Shown here in pieces: positions 42,235 to 54,989 of a stretch of 64,000 bases of DNA. The translations under genes and the position numbers were made by a program. The notes below the pieces were generated by a model. That model was not told the origin of the DNA. It saw only the letters and a list, made by a program, of their open reading frames with translations, and ran no database searches. The first letter of the stretch is position 1. Every line of letters starts with the position of its first letter. Origin of the DNA: Magallana gigas (Eukaryota); contig NC_088862.1 in NCBI RefSeq assembly GCF_963853765.1, positions 20,274,001 through 20,338,000 of the forward strand. The letters are read 5' to 3'.

Positions 42235-43569
42235 CTGGACCTTATCACAGATCAATGATCCAATTCCGCGAAGCTTTTGCTGACTGATTATCGTATCACA
42301 GAAGTTTATCTATCTATAAACACAACAAAGATGTGTACAAACTTGTTAAAAAAGAGTAGATTAAGTTCAGCCATTTTTGAAATTGATATTAAATGCCCAA
42401 GCCCTCCCTCATCTGACATAACGTAATCATGTACACTATTTTTTTTTTTGGCTTTTTTGTCCTTTCCAGATATTCCATCAAACCCCATAAATGTCAGTTA
42501 AACAATGAACAAACAGCGTTTTGAATGCAATATATACATACCAGAGATATATCCTTAAACAACCCACAACAAAGTCCGACTTCTGGCTTCCTCTTTATAT
42601 ATGGCGATAAATCGCCAGTCTGTGTTGTTAGACTGGCAATCTTATGGGAAGTTCTCAGTGGGCGGATCGTAAGTCTCTCTTTTTTTTTTTTTTAGAGGGC
42701 ATGATGTCCGTAGCTATTTTTAGACAATAAGAGATCTTTTACAAATCTTAAAGCGAAAATAGGAATATAAAGTAGATTTGTTGATCATCCAGCCTTCTTG
42801 TAAGGGTATCACGCCTTCTATATTTTGTTTTATTTCAAATTCAATTAAGCGGGATTCTTTTAGTTTTTGTTTCTGGGCTAAATATTCAGATGAAACTATT
42901 TTCAAAATCTGATGATTTCTGTTTGTATGAAAACCTGCACACTTTTGAATGGACAGTCCACTTGAATGTGTCAGTGAGTAAGTTTACGTGTGTATGACAA
43001 ATGAATGTTGTGGATCATTTATTTTATTACAAGTGCTTTTATTATTTAAGAAATGTTTACCCAGGTTATACTCGTTAGCGGAGTATAAAAAGCGTTAATT
43101 GCTCCAACCCAGGTTTAATATACGAGTATATCTTGGATATACATTGAATTCATTCCTTATAATCTAATTTTTTGTAATTTACTTTACAAATTGAGTGCAA
43201 TTTACTTTTAAAAACGTAATGTCAAACGGATTAGTACATTTTTGGTGCATTGTGACGTGTCTCGTGACCTGCAAACCAGGTCATACAAAAAAATCAGTTT
43301 TTCTATTCAATCAATACCGCGTTACAACCAGAACTAAATTATTTGTTATAATTGGTGTGTATGGGTTGAAAACAACTCCAATAAATAATTTTAAAAAATC
43401 AGTCTGTATGAAAACTTATTATCTAACAAAACTACCCTTGTCAGTGATGCAACACTACAATAGATCATTTACCGTTGTGATACCTGTAAACAACAACACA
43501 CCCGGTCATTTAACGGTGTGGTACCTGTATACAACACCAAAACTGGTCATTTAACGGTGTGATACTTGT

Positions 43570-44920
43570 ATATAAATGAATGTTTATTTCGCTCAAACCA
43601 TATCAATGGTACATGAGGTACAAAAAACAAAAATATTTACAAATGTACAAATACAGAGTCAAGTTAGGAAGAGTACAGAGTTAAATAAATCGAGCTAATA
43701 TTTTTTTTAATAAATATGAACAATTTTTTTAATGAATCAATGTCACTGGTATTCATAAGGTTCCCAAATTTATAAGTGTTAACATTTGTTGAATATTTTT
43801 CTTCAATTAATTTGTTGCGGAATAAAGAAAATGCCTGACATTCCAAAATATAGTGGTATTCGTCACCCAAAGTGTTTTTATTACATAACGAACAAATTCT
43901 ATGACATCTTTCTATTTTATTCCATCTTCCATTTTCAATTGGTAATTTATGATTACAGGTTCTAAATTTTGTAAAAATTAATCTTAAGTCATTTGAAAGT
44001 TTTTTAAGATAAGTTTCCTGTCCAAAGCTTTTCTTAAATATTCTGTAATTCAAACATTTGGGTGCATTTTCTACATTCCTGAACCAATCTTGTAAAAACT
44101 GATTTATGAGCGTCTCTTTAACAATAGATTTTAGCCAGTTGATACTAAAAAAAAACTTTGATTAATCCAGACATAGGAAAGACCACATGAGTTAAGAATA
44201 TCTCTAACATATTTCAACCATGGGTGCATAAACGAACCCTCAGAAAAACATTTATAAAAATAGCGATACATTATATGCGTAAGCTTACAATCATGTGCCA
44301 GTAAAAGTTTAGCCCAATAAGTTATTATTCGTACCTTGATAAAAATAATCAAAGGGGATCGTCCAGTTTCCCCATAAACCATACAATTTGGGGTACTGGA
44401 CTTAATAAATTAAAAATTTTCTAAATGAACTTTCTCTAAAATATCTGTGTTTTCGTAGCCCCACACTTCACATAAAATAAGATTGGGCTAATAACACTAT
44501 TAAACAGATCAAATTGACAGTCGATCGGTAAATCAACATATCATATTTTTCTAAATACTCCATACTTGTGAAGCTTTTGAGGCTTGCTCAGTTAAATGTT
44601 TTTTTCGTACTTTTAAAAGATCCACTACGAGACATACTAACACCAAGATACTTAAACCCATTCACAATTTCAAGAGGTACATGTACGCCTCTGTATAAAA
44701 AAATTCTTTTTGTAACACATTAATACTTTTGTCTTTTCAATGTTTACCTGGAGTTTCCACAGATCACAATATTCAGAAAAAAGGTTCAGTGATATTTGTA
44801 AATCGCCTGGGTTCTCAGAAAATAAAACCGTGTCATCAGCGTAAATAGGATAAAAAGTTTTAACATGGTATGCATCTCAGTTTCCAATTTCTCGCTGAGG
44901 CTAGAAACTCCTTTTATACA
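43570..44920 (-). mobile_element. 5'-truncated, frameshifted non-LTR retrotransposon (LINE) ORF2 remnant
   Basis: RT motifs KLFIL-(frameshift)-YADDTVLF (~44830-44860) and FKYLGV (~44650). Thumb-like MVYGETGRSPL..RIITYWAKLL. C-terminal CCHC RICSLCN..GDEYHYILEC. 3' AATAAA followed by a CATT-like tail near 43575. Confidence 0.9.
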
Positions 44921-47900
44921 ACACTACAAACGGCAATTTACCGGTGTCAATGGTTTTAAAATCATAAACGTTTTATTTTGGACAATACTTAATTTTTTTT
45001 TTACAAATGCTTTTTTTAATTCAGTTAATTTATGTCTACTTTTAAACTTAAAAGACTTACAAAACTCTGTTCATTTCTACTGAAAATTTAATTATAAATC
45101 CGTCTTTCTCCTAGCTGCAGGTCTGTAGCTCTCGGTCTGGAAAAAAACCCCATTCTGATTGGACGACCTAAGAGTTTCAGTGCCACCCATTGAAAAAATT
45201 GTATATTTATTGCGCACAAAAAACGTGCGCTAGTTTTGGACCGATTAATCTTATTTATACACAGATTCTGTGAAAACATTTATTATAGTACCATTAAATT
45301 CCTCATGCAATTTACTATGATATCAAGCTTTTATCAGACCGGAAGCTACAGACCGGAAGCTATCTTTTTCCTTGATTCTATTTACTTTTTTCGCTTTATT
45401 CTATAGTTTATGCTGTACCTCTGATATTTTTTTTTCAACAATTCTAAGCCTCATATGAACCCCATTTATAGTCATATATTGATTGATAGTGTGATTGAAA
45501 TAAAGTAATTGAATTGAATTAATTGATCATCTATATGCTTTAGTTATTTGTTACTTGAGAATAATCCCGTGTGATCATTGAACGCTTAACAATGAATGTT
45601 TAAACATGAAATCCGATGAACAAAATATTAGCATGAAAATTTCTTAATGAACAATCATGTATTAATTTGGATAAAATTTGTCGAATTTTTTTTTTTAGAA
45701 TCTTCTAATAAAAAAAGTAGAACAATTTTGTATTAGATTTATTATAAATAATTTAATCCATAGATCATATGTTTGAAAAAATGTGCTTTATATAGTTTGC
45801 GGACTAACAAAGCAATTGTCTGGCAAAAATACATTTTATAAGAAATTAATCTCTTTCAAAACATCATTTGACTATCATTTTGATCACATCCAGCATCCAA
45901 AGGCTGTTACGGTATAAAGATAAAAGATAATATAAAGATAAGTTCCGGAAATGTTTGACCCAAAATATACACAAATAGAAAGATTAATGGACAGATTAAT
46001 ACAAATGTAACTTTGTGTACAGAAATAGGAGTGTCTACGGAAAAACGTGTATTTTAATCATTACCTTCCGGGAAAAGAGAGTTCACTCTCTCTGGAAACT
46101 AAACACATCAGACGCACATCCTTCGTATCATTTTATTTTTCAAAAATAACCACGAAAAAATATAACAATCATTTCAAAGCGTATAATAGATGGTTTTGAA
46201 AAAAAAAATAGATATTGTTTTATCCCCTTATATATCCCCTTTCCCAGTTTTAAAAGCGGAAGGTACATATTTGGTGCATGCAAAAATGGACAGTTGGGGC
46301 AGACGACTGTGTGATCAAGTAACAAGTTAAGGTGGTTGATGTCAATTGATCATGAGGCATTGGTTAAGGCACAACAATACAAATATTACATACATCACAT
46401 GTACAGAAAACTGAGCAATATTAGAGCACACATAGATGTTTACAATGTCAGAGAGTGGGATCATAGATTTGTAAAGCATGGCTAAGGTAATGGCATGCAA
46501 CGGGGGAGCACACTACATATGTTTAACTTACAAGTAAAATCATGCAAGCATGATAAACGTATTATGCATGTAAATATTTCTGAAAGATATGGAATGGGCT
46601 TCACTACGCTAGTATCAGTTTGAAACACTAAAAGCTTATCAAAACAAGAGACTAAATACGTACATTACATTCTGTTAATAACTTTTGATATAACAGGTAT
46701 TATTTTTAGCTCTACGAAGTAAAGAATAAAGGTTCAATCTCTTCATATGTTACTCAAACCCCCGATTTCAGAAATCACACACTTATGTTAAAGTTTCCAA
46801 TTGCTATCTTAAAAAATAATCTCAAAAATATTATTCTTTTGGCAATATAAGACAACAATGAATGCAAAATGTAGTAGTTTAGAAATTAAAAATACTTTGG
46901 GAGTTATCTCCCTCATCAGGGAAGTGTTATACTATGCTGTAAACATTTTTAGAAAGCTCTAAACAAACGGATTAATGAAGCTATTATATAGGTGTCCACA
47001 TTTGTAACACATTGCAAGCTGTATATATACATTGTTATGGTTACCCGTCATAAATATCATCTATTACTTGTTATTATAATACTTAAAAATCATATTAGAA
47101 CTGTGAAATCGATTTATAAATTGCATATCAAAGGTATTCAAGCACAAACTTAAGGACAAAAATAAATTTCGATTTATAAGCACCGTTACAAAAAATTGAT
47201 AAACAAAACCCCATCTTTTTAGCTCATAATAAATCCACATATACCAGACACATTATTATATGTACTACAAAAAAAATTCTCATTCTGAATGAGATGTTAT
47301 AAAACTAATTTGTATTAAAAGTAAAATTTAACCAAAAACATTCAGCATGTTAGTTAAGAGACAGACATATATAATCTACTACTATAGAGTCATTATAATT
47401 CATTAAATCGTCAGGGATTTCCGTACTTTGCAATTGGTCCTGGTGATAATTTTAGATATGTTCCTGGGTAAGTTACCTCGATATTCACAGACAGAACTGT
47501 GTTACGAATTTACGTCTTGAACAATCGCAGTCAATATAATCGTCTGATCCAGTATGTTCGTTATAGAACCTGTGTTGTCTTTGATGTTACAAATAGCAGA
47601 CGTAAGAATATTATTATGACGTGTCATCGCAATGAGTTTTGAAGACGCAAAGAATTTACTCTTAAGTATGAAAAAAAGTATTATAATTCCTGATCATTTC
47701 AAAAAGCAGTCGCTCTACATATCACAAGTAGACTATTTATTTGTAATTACATCGACTCGTCTGTGAACACATGTGTGTATGATAAGTAAGAGTTATGCGG
47801 TAGATTGGATATATTACCATTCAGCACCCCGTTTTTATGGACATACATGGCAAACCAATATTAACCCTGTTGACAGTATATAAATCGTAATAAAAAGTAC

Positions 47901-48006
47901 AAAAAATATAAAAATATGGAATCATGGCTACAAAATATCAGCGCACCATCGAAAAAAATTGGCAAATCCATATTGAAAAATAGGAATGGCGGTAATTTGT
48001 GGTCAA

Positions 48007-51000
48007 TTAAATAATTTCTTCCAATAGGTCTACTAGGCTTTGAATCCCAAAGCGAATACCTGCTTTAGAGGCCAAGTCTTCTTTAGAACAGCTTGATATT
48101 CCAATTGCGTTTGCAAAGTCTATCAGTCTAACGTCATTGCTGGACGATGGGACATTAGTATCGAAAGATGGTGCCATCGGAACATCTCTAGAGTCATTGG
48201 TAACATCGGAATCACCTTCATAGAGAATCAAAAGCGAACACGAGAAAAGCTTAAAAGCACACTGCGTTTCCAAGACAGCAAGCATCTGACGTAATTTGGT
48301 CACTATGGACGCAATGACGTCTTTCCGTAAGGACACCCCGTCATGGAAGAAGTTCAACATTTCATTCTTTACTCCACTCTTGTCCAGTCCCCGCCCGTAA
48401 TACTTATCATGGGACACGTAACTTTTGCTGTTATTTTTATAAACCTGTTAATTATAAAATAATAACATTCATCATATGATCACCCGTAGCGCGTTCGAAA
48501 TTGTATTTAATTAATGAACGCGTCGATTGTAAGAATAAGCAGCGTTTATTATGCATCATAGACACAGTGCTGTAAAGGGTAAGGTCGTGATTTTGGTCAA
48601 ACATTATTTTTTCCGGTTTAATGTTAACAATGCTTCAGCAAGGCATTTTTAATAGGCAACCAAAGTTTGAGTGTCATTCGTTTAGTTATATAAGCGAGTT
48701 ACAGAATTTACAATTCTTAACTATGTATAAACAAAGATTTTGTTTACGTTTTGAATGCTGAAGAGAAAATTCTAGTTTCAGAATTAAAATTGAGGCGTCA
48801 TTTCTTTATGCTTAAAATAAAAAGAGGATAGATAAATGAGCTTGAAAAGATATTTTACTGGTATATTGAACCTCTGTAAATAAAAACGGGGCACAAGCCT
48901 TAGCTTGTTATATGACAAAGAATTATAAGCCTTGCTTGTAACTCCACGACTGACTCTCATATTTGATTTGATCATAACGGAAATGCATTCCTAAAGATTT
49001 ACATATACATGTGATAAAAACAGAAAAATAGAATTTGACCAAAATCGTGACCAAAAATGCCCCTCTAGGTATAAAATGTTCTTTAAAAAAACCTAACCTG
49101 AATTCCACACATCCGGAATCCGAGGGAGGAGGAAGTCGTGGACATCCATCTTTCCTCCAGCATCCTCCTTTTGGCCTCTGAGGCGTCAGGTGACCTGTGA
49201 CTGGTCCCCATTTTGAGATCCATGACGCAAGGGAAACGATAAGGGGCGACCAGATTCTCCAACATTATAAACTCTTTGTAAAAGTTATGGAATAAACAAG
49301 ATACATTGTAATAACAAAATATATTTATTACCAGAGGAATGTTTGATCTATGCATCTTATATGAATACCTAATAACTTATCTTCTTTCGTTGTCCCAAAC
49401 TGCTTTAAATTACATAAACTCTCTAGAGCAAGGTAAAATGCACACGGCAAAAAAGTTATTTTTGTCACGTAACTGTCAAATAAGGCAAATGTGTTTTTCA
49501 CCAAAACTGAATTCAAGTGAACATAGGGGCTGTCTCTTTTAATTTCATTATGCCGGGCGTCTTTTTTACAAAAATTATCCGCATTTTAAAACGTTGTTGT
49601 TCAGATGTTCGCACATTTGTGTAAACGAGATCTGGCGTTGATACACTTCCATTTATCTCAAACAAGAAGGAAGCAACGCTTTTATTCTGATCAGATAAAG
49701 TTAATTACATGTATATAGCATGTAGCAGAATTTTTCATAATTAACTCAGTTTAGCTGAATTCCCCTTCCAAACCCTATCTATCCTATGTTCATTTGTATC
49801 ATTTGTATTCATGTGCGCATCAGTTGATGCAAAAATTATAAAGATACAAATGTAAGTTTAGAATTCAACAGAGGCACGATAGGGTTTGGTATTTTGATGG
49901 AACAGATTAAGGATACTTTGAGACCGCCCCTCACTCCAGTAGCCGTAGCGGTCGATCTGTCTGCGCACGCACTGGTCACTCCAATCCCTCAGACCCTGCT
50001 TGCAATCACTGTTAACAGAGAATGGTCAGATTACACATAGATAAACATCGGCGATACGATAATCAATCAGCAAGGGCCTCGAGGAAATAGGTCATTGATC
50101 TGTGATAATGCCCAGCTTCTCTCTCTCTTCTTTCTCTCTCTCACTCTTTCTCTCTCTCATTACTGTAGGAAAATTCGAATTGTCAACATAAAGCTAAAGT
50201 TCTGTAGCCAGAGAACACATGCACCACACATAAAATACTATGAACCTCCTGAACTTGAGCTTTGAGTTTAATCTTTTTCCAAAACACCACAGGTCAATAA
50301 CCAGAGATACAGGTAGTTCATTCTTAATTCTAAATCCTGGGGTATCACTTATTAACAAAATTTCTTCTTAACTTACTCTTGCCCTTTAATAAATGCATAT
50401 GCTACTAAAGCCTATTTGCTGAAAATACGTCATAGAAACTTATCGATACTCTTTACGCAAGTCAAGAAAATTTAAAAAGCTTTGTGGAATGACCAAAATT
50501 AACAGAATATGTTTACTTTTCAAACTGGTCTTTGCCGGAACCTCTCGGCTTTGAGAATAAAGAGAAACGTTTTATAAAACGAGTTTTCCAATCGTTCAAT
50601 TTTGTTCGTTTACTTTAAAAGGAGTCAAATGATACAAAGTTGTGCGACTTTTGCCACGGCATATATACATATACAATATACACATTCACAGACTTAATTA
50701 ATATAGTAAACAAAAGTTAGATAAGGGTAACGATTTAAAATTACAGGCCTGTGTTGGACTATAAAAGTTAACCTTCTAGAGTTCTTTCACTTTGCAAAGG
50801 ACATTTGTGACGTATCACCTAGCTGAGTGTCTGTAAATAATGGATCCACATGACAACATCTTCAACCTAAACATACTAACTCGACTAACCACAATCGATA
50901 TCTTTGTGATGAAAATTACCGCTCACAATTAGGTTTGCCACTTCAAGCATGATGAAAAATCACCAAACTCTGCTTTTTTCCAGAAGTAGAGAATATGACC

Positions 51001-52291
51001 CTCGACCCTCGTTAATTCTAAGATGATACCGACAACCCGAAGCACACATTTCCAACATCTTCTGCAGGAATCTTCATTAATAATTAGGCACAATAATAGG
51101 AGTCGCTAAAAGCCAGTTCGCACGCAATGTGATTATAAATCTTAATACATTCTTAAAGTTGCATTAACATCTGTGTTTCTTAATCTAACTTTTCAGTTAT
51201 AGAAATATCAAGGTACAGAAGTTATTCCTGATACATTTGTATTAGTATTTAGCCCGTTCTCTCGCACACAATTGAAGAAGGAATCAATTTGTTTTAAGAG
51301 TATCACTATGTATCCAGCAAACATGCATTGATTTTCCCTCTAACTCTCTCTGTCTCTTTTTCTCTCATCTGTCGCATATCCAGTTAAAGCAAGGTGTTTA
51401 CCTTGGAAACAGCTGGGTAGGTCTAAGAGCAGCCGGGGGGGGGGGGGTCAATATAACACAGCCCGTACAAATACTGATAATTGGTTATATACATGTGTAC
51501 TAATGGTACTAAATGCAAGTGACAGAATCATTAATATTGCCCTTTCTGACAGTTTTCATTTATTTTTTATTGTCTGCAATATGAGGAATATGCAAAAGTG
51601 ATATTCATCCATGTATTGTAGATTCTATTTACGAAAAAGTAAAATATGTCAAAAGGACGATATAAACAAAAAATGTTATCTACACTTATCAACGCTCATA
51701 TGTTTGTTATACATGTACTTTTATAACAAAAATATCTTCCGACATATCATATACTACCCCTTGCTGACATGTAATCAATCCCTATCATGTTTAACATTCT
51801 TTGTCTGAAAACCGAGTTTTGTATCCAATTAGTCTGTGTAAGGACCGTGTAATGTAAGTAGAAGTGTTATGACAGCAGGTTACAGCTGCGTTATAATTCC
51901 CGCGTCCGTACCTGTCCGGAATGGCGTTGTCGATCACCGGCAAGGTGTCCTCTTCTTCATAGGTCTCCAGTATGGAGCTGGCCAATCCTTTGGGAACCTC
52001 CCCGTAGAATTTGATGCAGCTATTACTGATATCACAGCTAATGTTGATCACACCTACAAAGGAACCAGGTTTTTTCAACAATTTATACATAGGTGTATAT
52101 TTACTACTCACAACCCAATGTAGAGTAACAGTATCCTTCAATAAAAATGATTTTCACAAAGAAATAAAAACCATATCAATATCTTGAATGCAAAAAAATG
52201 AAATCGCCAATTTTCTATGCAAAATTTGACAGACATTGTCTTTGAAGAACTTTTAAACAGAGAAAATTGCAAGTAATTTCAACTTAAGATC

Positions 52292-52368
<77 letters not shown>

Positions 52369-52575
52369 GGGGTTCATACCTCTGTAGAACGGCACAAATC
52401 CCCGTAGCCCCTCTGGTAGATTTATATAAAACAGAGCCTCGTTTTCCTGGTAAGGCTTACAGATGACATTCGGTGTGACCTGCAGCACGCATGTGTGACC
52501 TCCGACCTGATGAACAAACGGGGTCACAGCCACTCGCTCCAACTCTGTCTCTCCCATGACTCCCACCTGAGGCAT
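48007..52575 (-). CDS. IP6K: Inositol hexakisphosphate kinase-like (IPK superfamily), 5 exons, ~347 aa
   Basis: Exons (minus): 52575-52380, 52053-51912, 50008-49917, 49273-49098, 48444-48007 (1044 nt, phases consistent). Motifs: PFVHQVGGH (IP6K-typical), KFIMLENL, PCVMDLKMG (PxxxDxKxG), SLGFRMCGIQVY, DKYYGR, SCSLLILYEG, RLIDFAN, GIRFGIQSL. The start could instead be the second Met (MGETE). Confidence 0.88.
48576..49065. mobile_element. Degenerate copy of the TTAA-type (Kolobok-like) MITE family, in IP6K intron 4
   Basis: Interior is colinear with 62687-63178 (GATTTTGGTCAAA...AGGCATTTTTAATAGGCAACCAAA...GACCAAAATCGTGACC). The termini are decayed. Confidence 0.75.
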
Positions 52576-53270
52576 CTACAATACAACCAAAACGTCACAC
52601 ATCTACAAAACAACCACAACGTCACACATCTACAATTCAACCACAATGTCACACATCTACAATACAACCACAACGTCACACATCTACAAAACAACCACAA
52701 TGTCACACATCTACAAAACCACAACGTCACACATCTACAAAACCACAACGTCACACATCTACAAAACAACCACAATGTCACACATCTACAATTCAACCAC
52801 AATGTCACACATCTACAATACAACCACAATGTCAAACATCTATGAAACAACCACAACGTCACACATCTACAATACAACCACAATGTCAAACATCTATGAA
52901 ACAACCACAATGCCACACATCTACATTACAACCACAACGTCACATCTACAAAACAACCACAATATCACACATCAACAATACAACCACAATGTCACACATC
53001 TACAATACAACCACAATGTCACACATCTACAATACAACCACAATGTCACACATCTACAATACAACCACAATGTCAAACATCTATGAAACAACCACAACGT
53101 CACACATCTACGAAACAACCACAATGTCACACATCTTCGAAACAACCACAGTGTCACACATCTACAATACAACCACAATGTCACACATCTTCGAAACAAC
53201 CACAGTGTCACAATCTACAATACAACCACAATGTCACACATCTTCGAAACAACCACAGTGTCACACCACA
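52575..53270. repeat. ~27-bp minisatellite (ACAACCACAATGTCACACATCTACAAT), ~26 units
   Basis: Direct inspection. The array abuts the first IP6K ATG. Confidence 0.95.
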
Positions 53271-54989
53271 CACCAGTTTACGTACGGCACAACTAACAAT
53301 CCATCATGAAGATCATTTTCTATAGCCTACTTAATTTTTGACAAGAAAGTCTCAGACTCAAACGTTATACGATGGAGAGGTTTCCTCGTTACATTTTATA
53401 TAATTATCTCCATGATGAACTTGTTCTACATGTACCTGGTCCGCTCGGGCTGATATTTTGCGAAGGCGTACTGTTTTGAGAAGAGGTGGCTTTGAAGTGA
53501 ATTATTCACTTCTATAATGAGATTAGATCGATCACCAGTAGTTATGATAATTGGCAGCTAGATCTACGAAAGCATGTCTTCATCAACCTAGGCGACTATA
53601 CTGTACGAGGTGAATGGTTGACATGTGCAGATTTTCAAAATAAAACACTGAAGATGAGCACCATTTCATCCCTCAACTGTTCGGTTCTCTACTTGGTGTT
53701 CCTTCTTCAGGTTTCATACTTCCCATTAATTCATACCGTTAATGTTTCATTTTCATTATTCATTTGTAATTGCGTTTATTACCTGTCTTACTAGTGTCTT
53801 ACAAACAAAACAAAATTCATACATGAAAATTGATGTTATACGGAGAGCGAAAATAGAAATAATGGTTATTTCCTAGAATTGACAAACAAAAGTTATCTGT
53901 TACTGGTGCCTAACAGTTTAATAACAAGCACGAAGGGTGCCTGGAAATATGAAACCTTCGTCTTTGATAAGTGAAATAGGAGAATTGATCTTAGTTTCAA
54001 CTAACAACTAACAACTAAACCCCAAACCATCCACTATCTTCTACACGCGCTTTGTCATGTAAACAAATCTTAACGCTTACATGAAGACGATAATGAGGGT
54101 GTTTGGAATCATGAATTATGTATAAAGCAGTCAAGTACTTACAATTTCATGTTCAAAGCCAGAAGCGATTGAGAACGAAACTTTCCCTGCACGCTTGGTT
54201 TGTTATAAATGCACCAGTAGGTTTATACATTTAACATTGTACTTACGTTTGAGTAATTCTTAATCGGTATTACCTATTTTTACCTTTGTTTATGTAAACA
54301 ACTTTAAACAGCGTCGTTATTATATGAAAGGATCGACTTAAAACGCACGTCTGTCTTTTAGATAGGGATCAGCGGAAGTTGTTATGCAAAGTTGATATGT
54401 CCCACTATTTATGATATTAGCAATAAATTCTGACCTTACATAGAATCAAACAGCGCGTGTTCTCTTTTTAAAACTATTTAAAAAAAAAAACCCACAAAAA
54501 AAAAAATGTGGAAAATCGATACAAATGAGGTTAATAAAACAAATCTCAATTGAAGAAGGAAATAATCAAATCAATACTAGGAATAGATTTGAAAAATAAT
54601 ATAGTTATTCAGATTCGACATAAACAAGGAAATTAAACCTGTTCCAGATAAATGAACTAGAATTGATTCCAATTGAGTCAAAGTTCGTGAGTTTAAACGT
54701 GTGTTTTGACACTCTATTGAAATAAATGATATATCATTCTTTTGATCTTAACACGTAAGAAGTAGTTAAGTTCTAAAGGAATTCGTATGTCAAATTTGCA
54801 AAAAGGTATAATGTTTACACACCTTATGACGTTCACGTAACTATATTTGGTAGGGTTAATTGTCTTTACGAGTGACTAATTGTTTTTTTTCTTGTACACC
54901 CATACAGTAAATTTTAAAAGGAATTTAAGGATAATGTTCATGCTATTAAGACACAGTAATGAAGGATCGAATATTTGTTTCTTTACGTC

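Noticed and set aside
51791-51911. ORF-track extension of IP6K exon 2 (YGRGNYNAAVTCC...SDKEC)
   Set aside because: A donor at 51912 (GACAG|GTACGG) gives the correct phase to the 50008 exon, so the extension is intronic read-through.
52495-53325. Thr/His-rich mucin-like plus-strand ORFs and Cys-rich minus-strand ORFs as stand-alone genes
   Set aside because: These are translations of a 27-bp minisatellite, open in several frames, with no signal peptide or unique domain.
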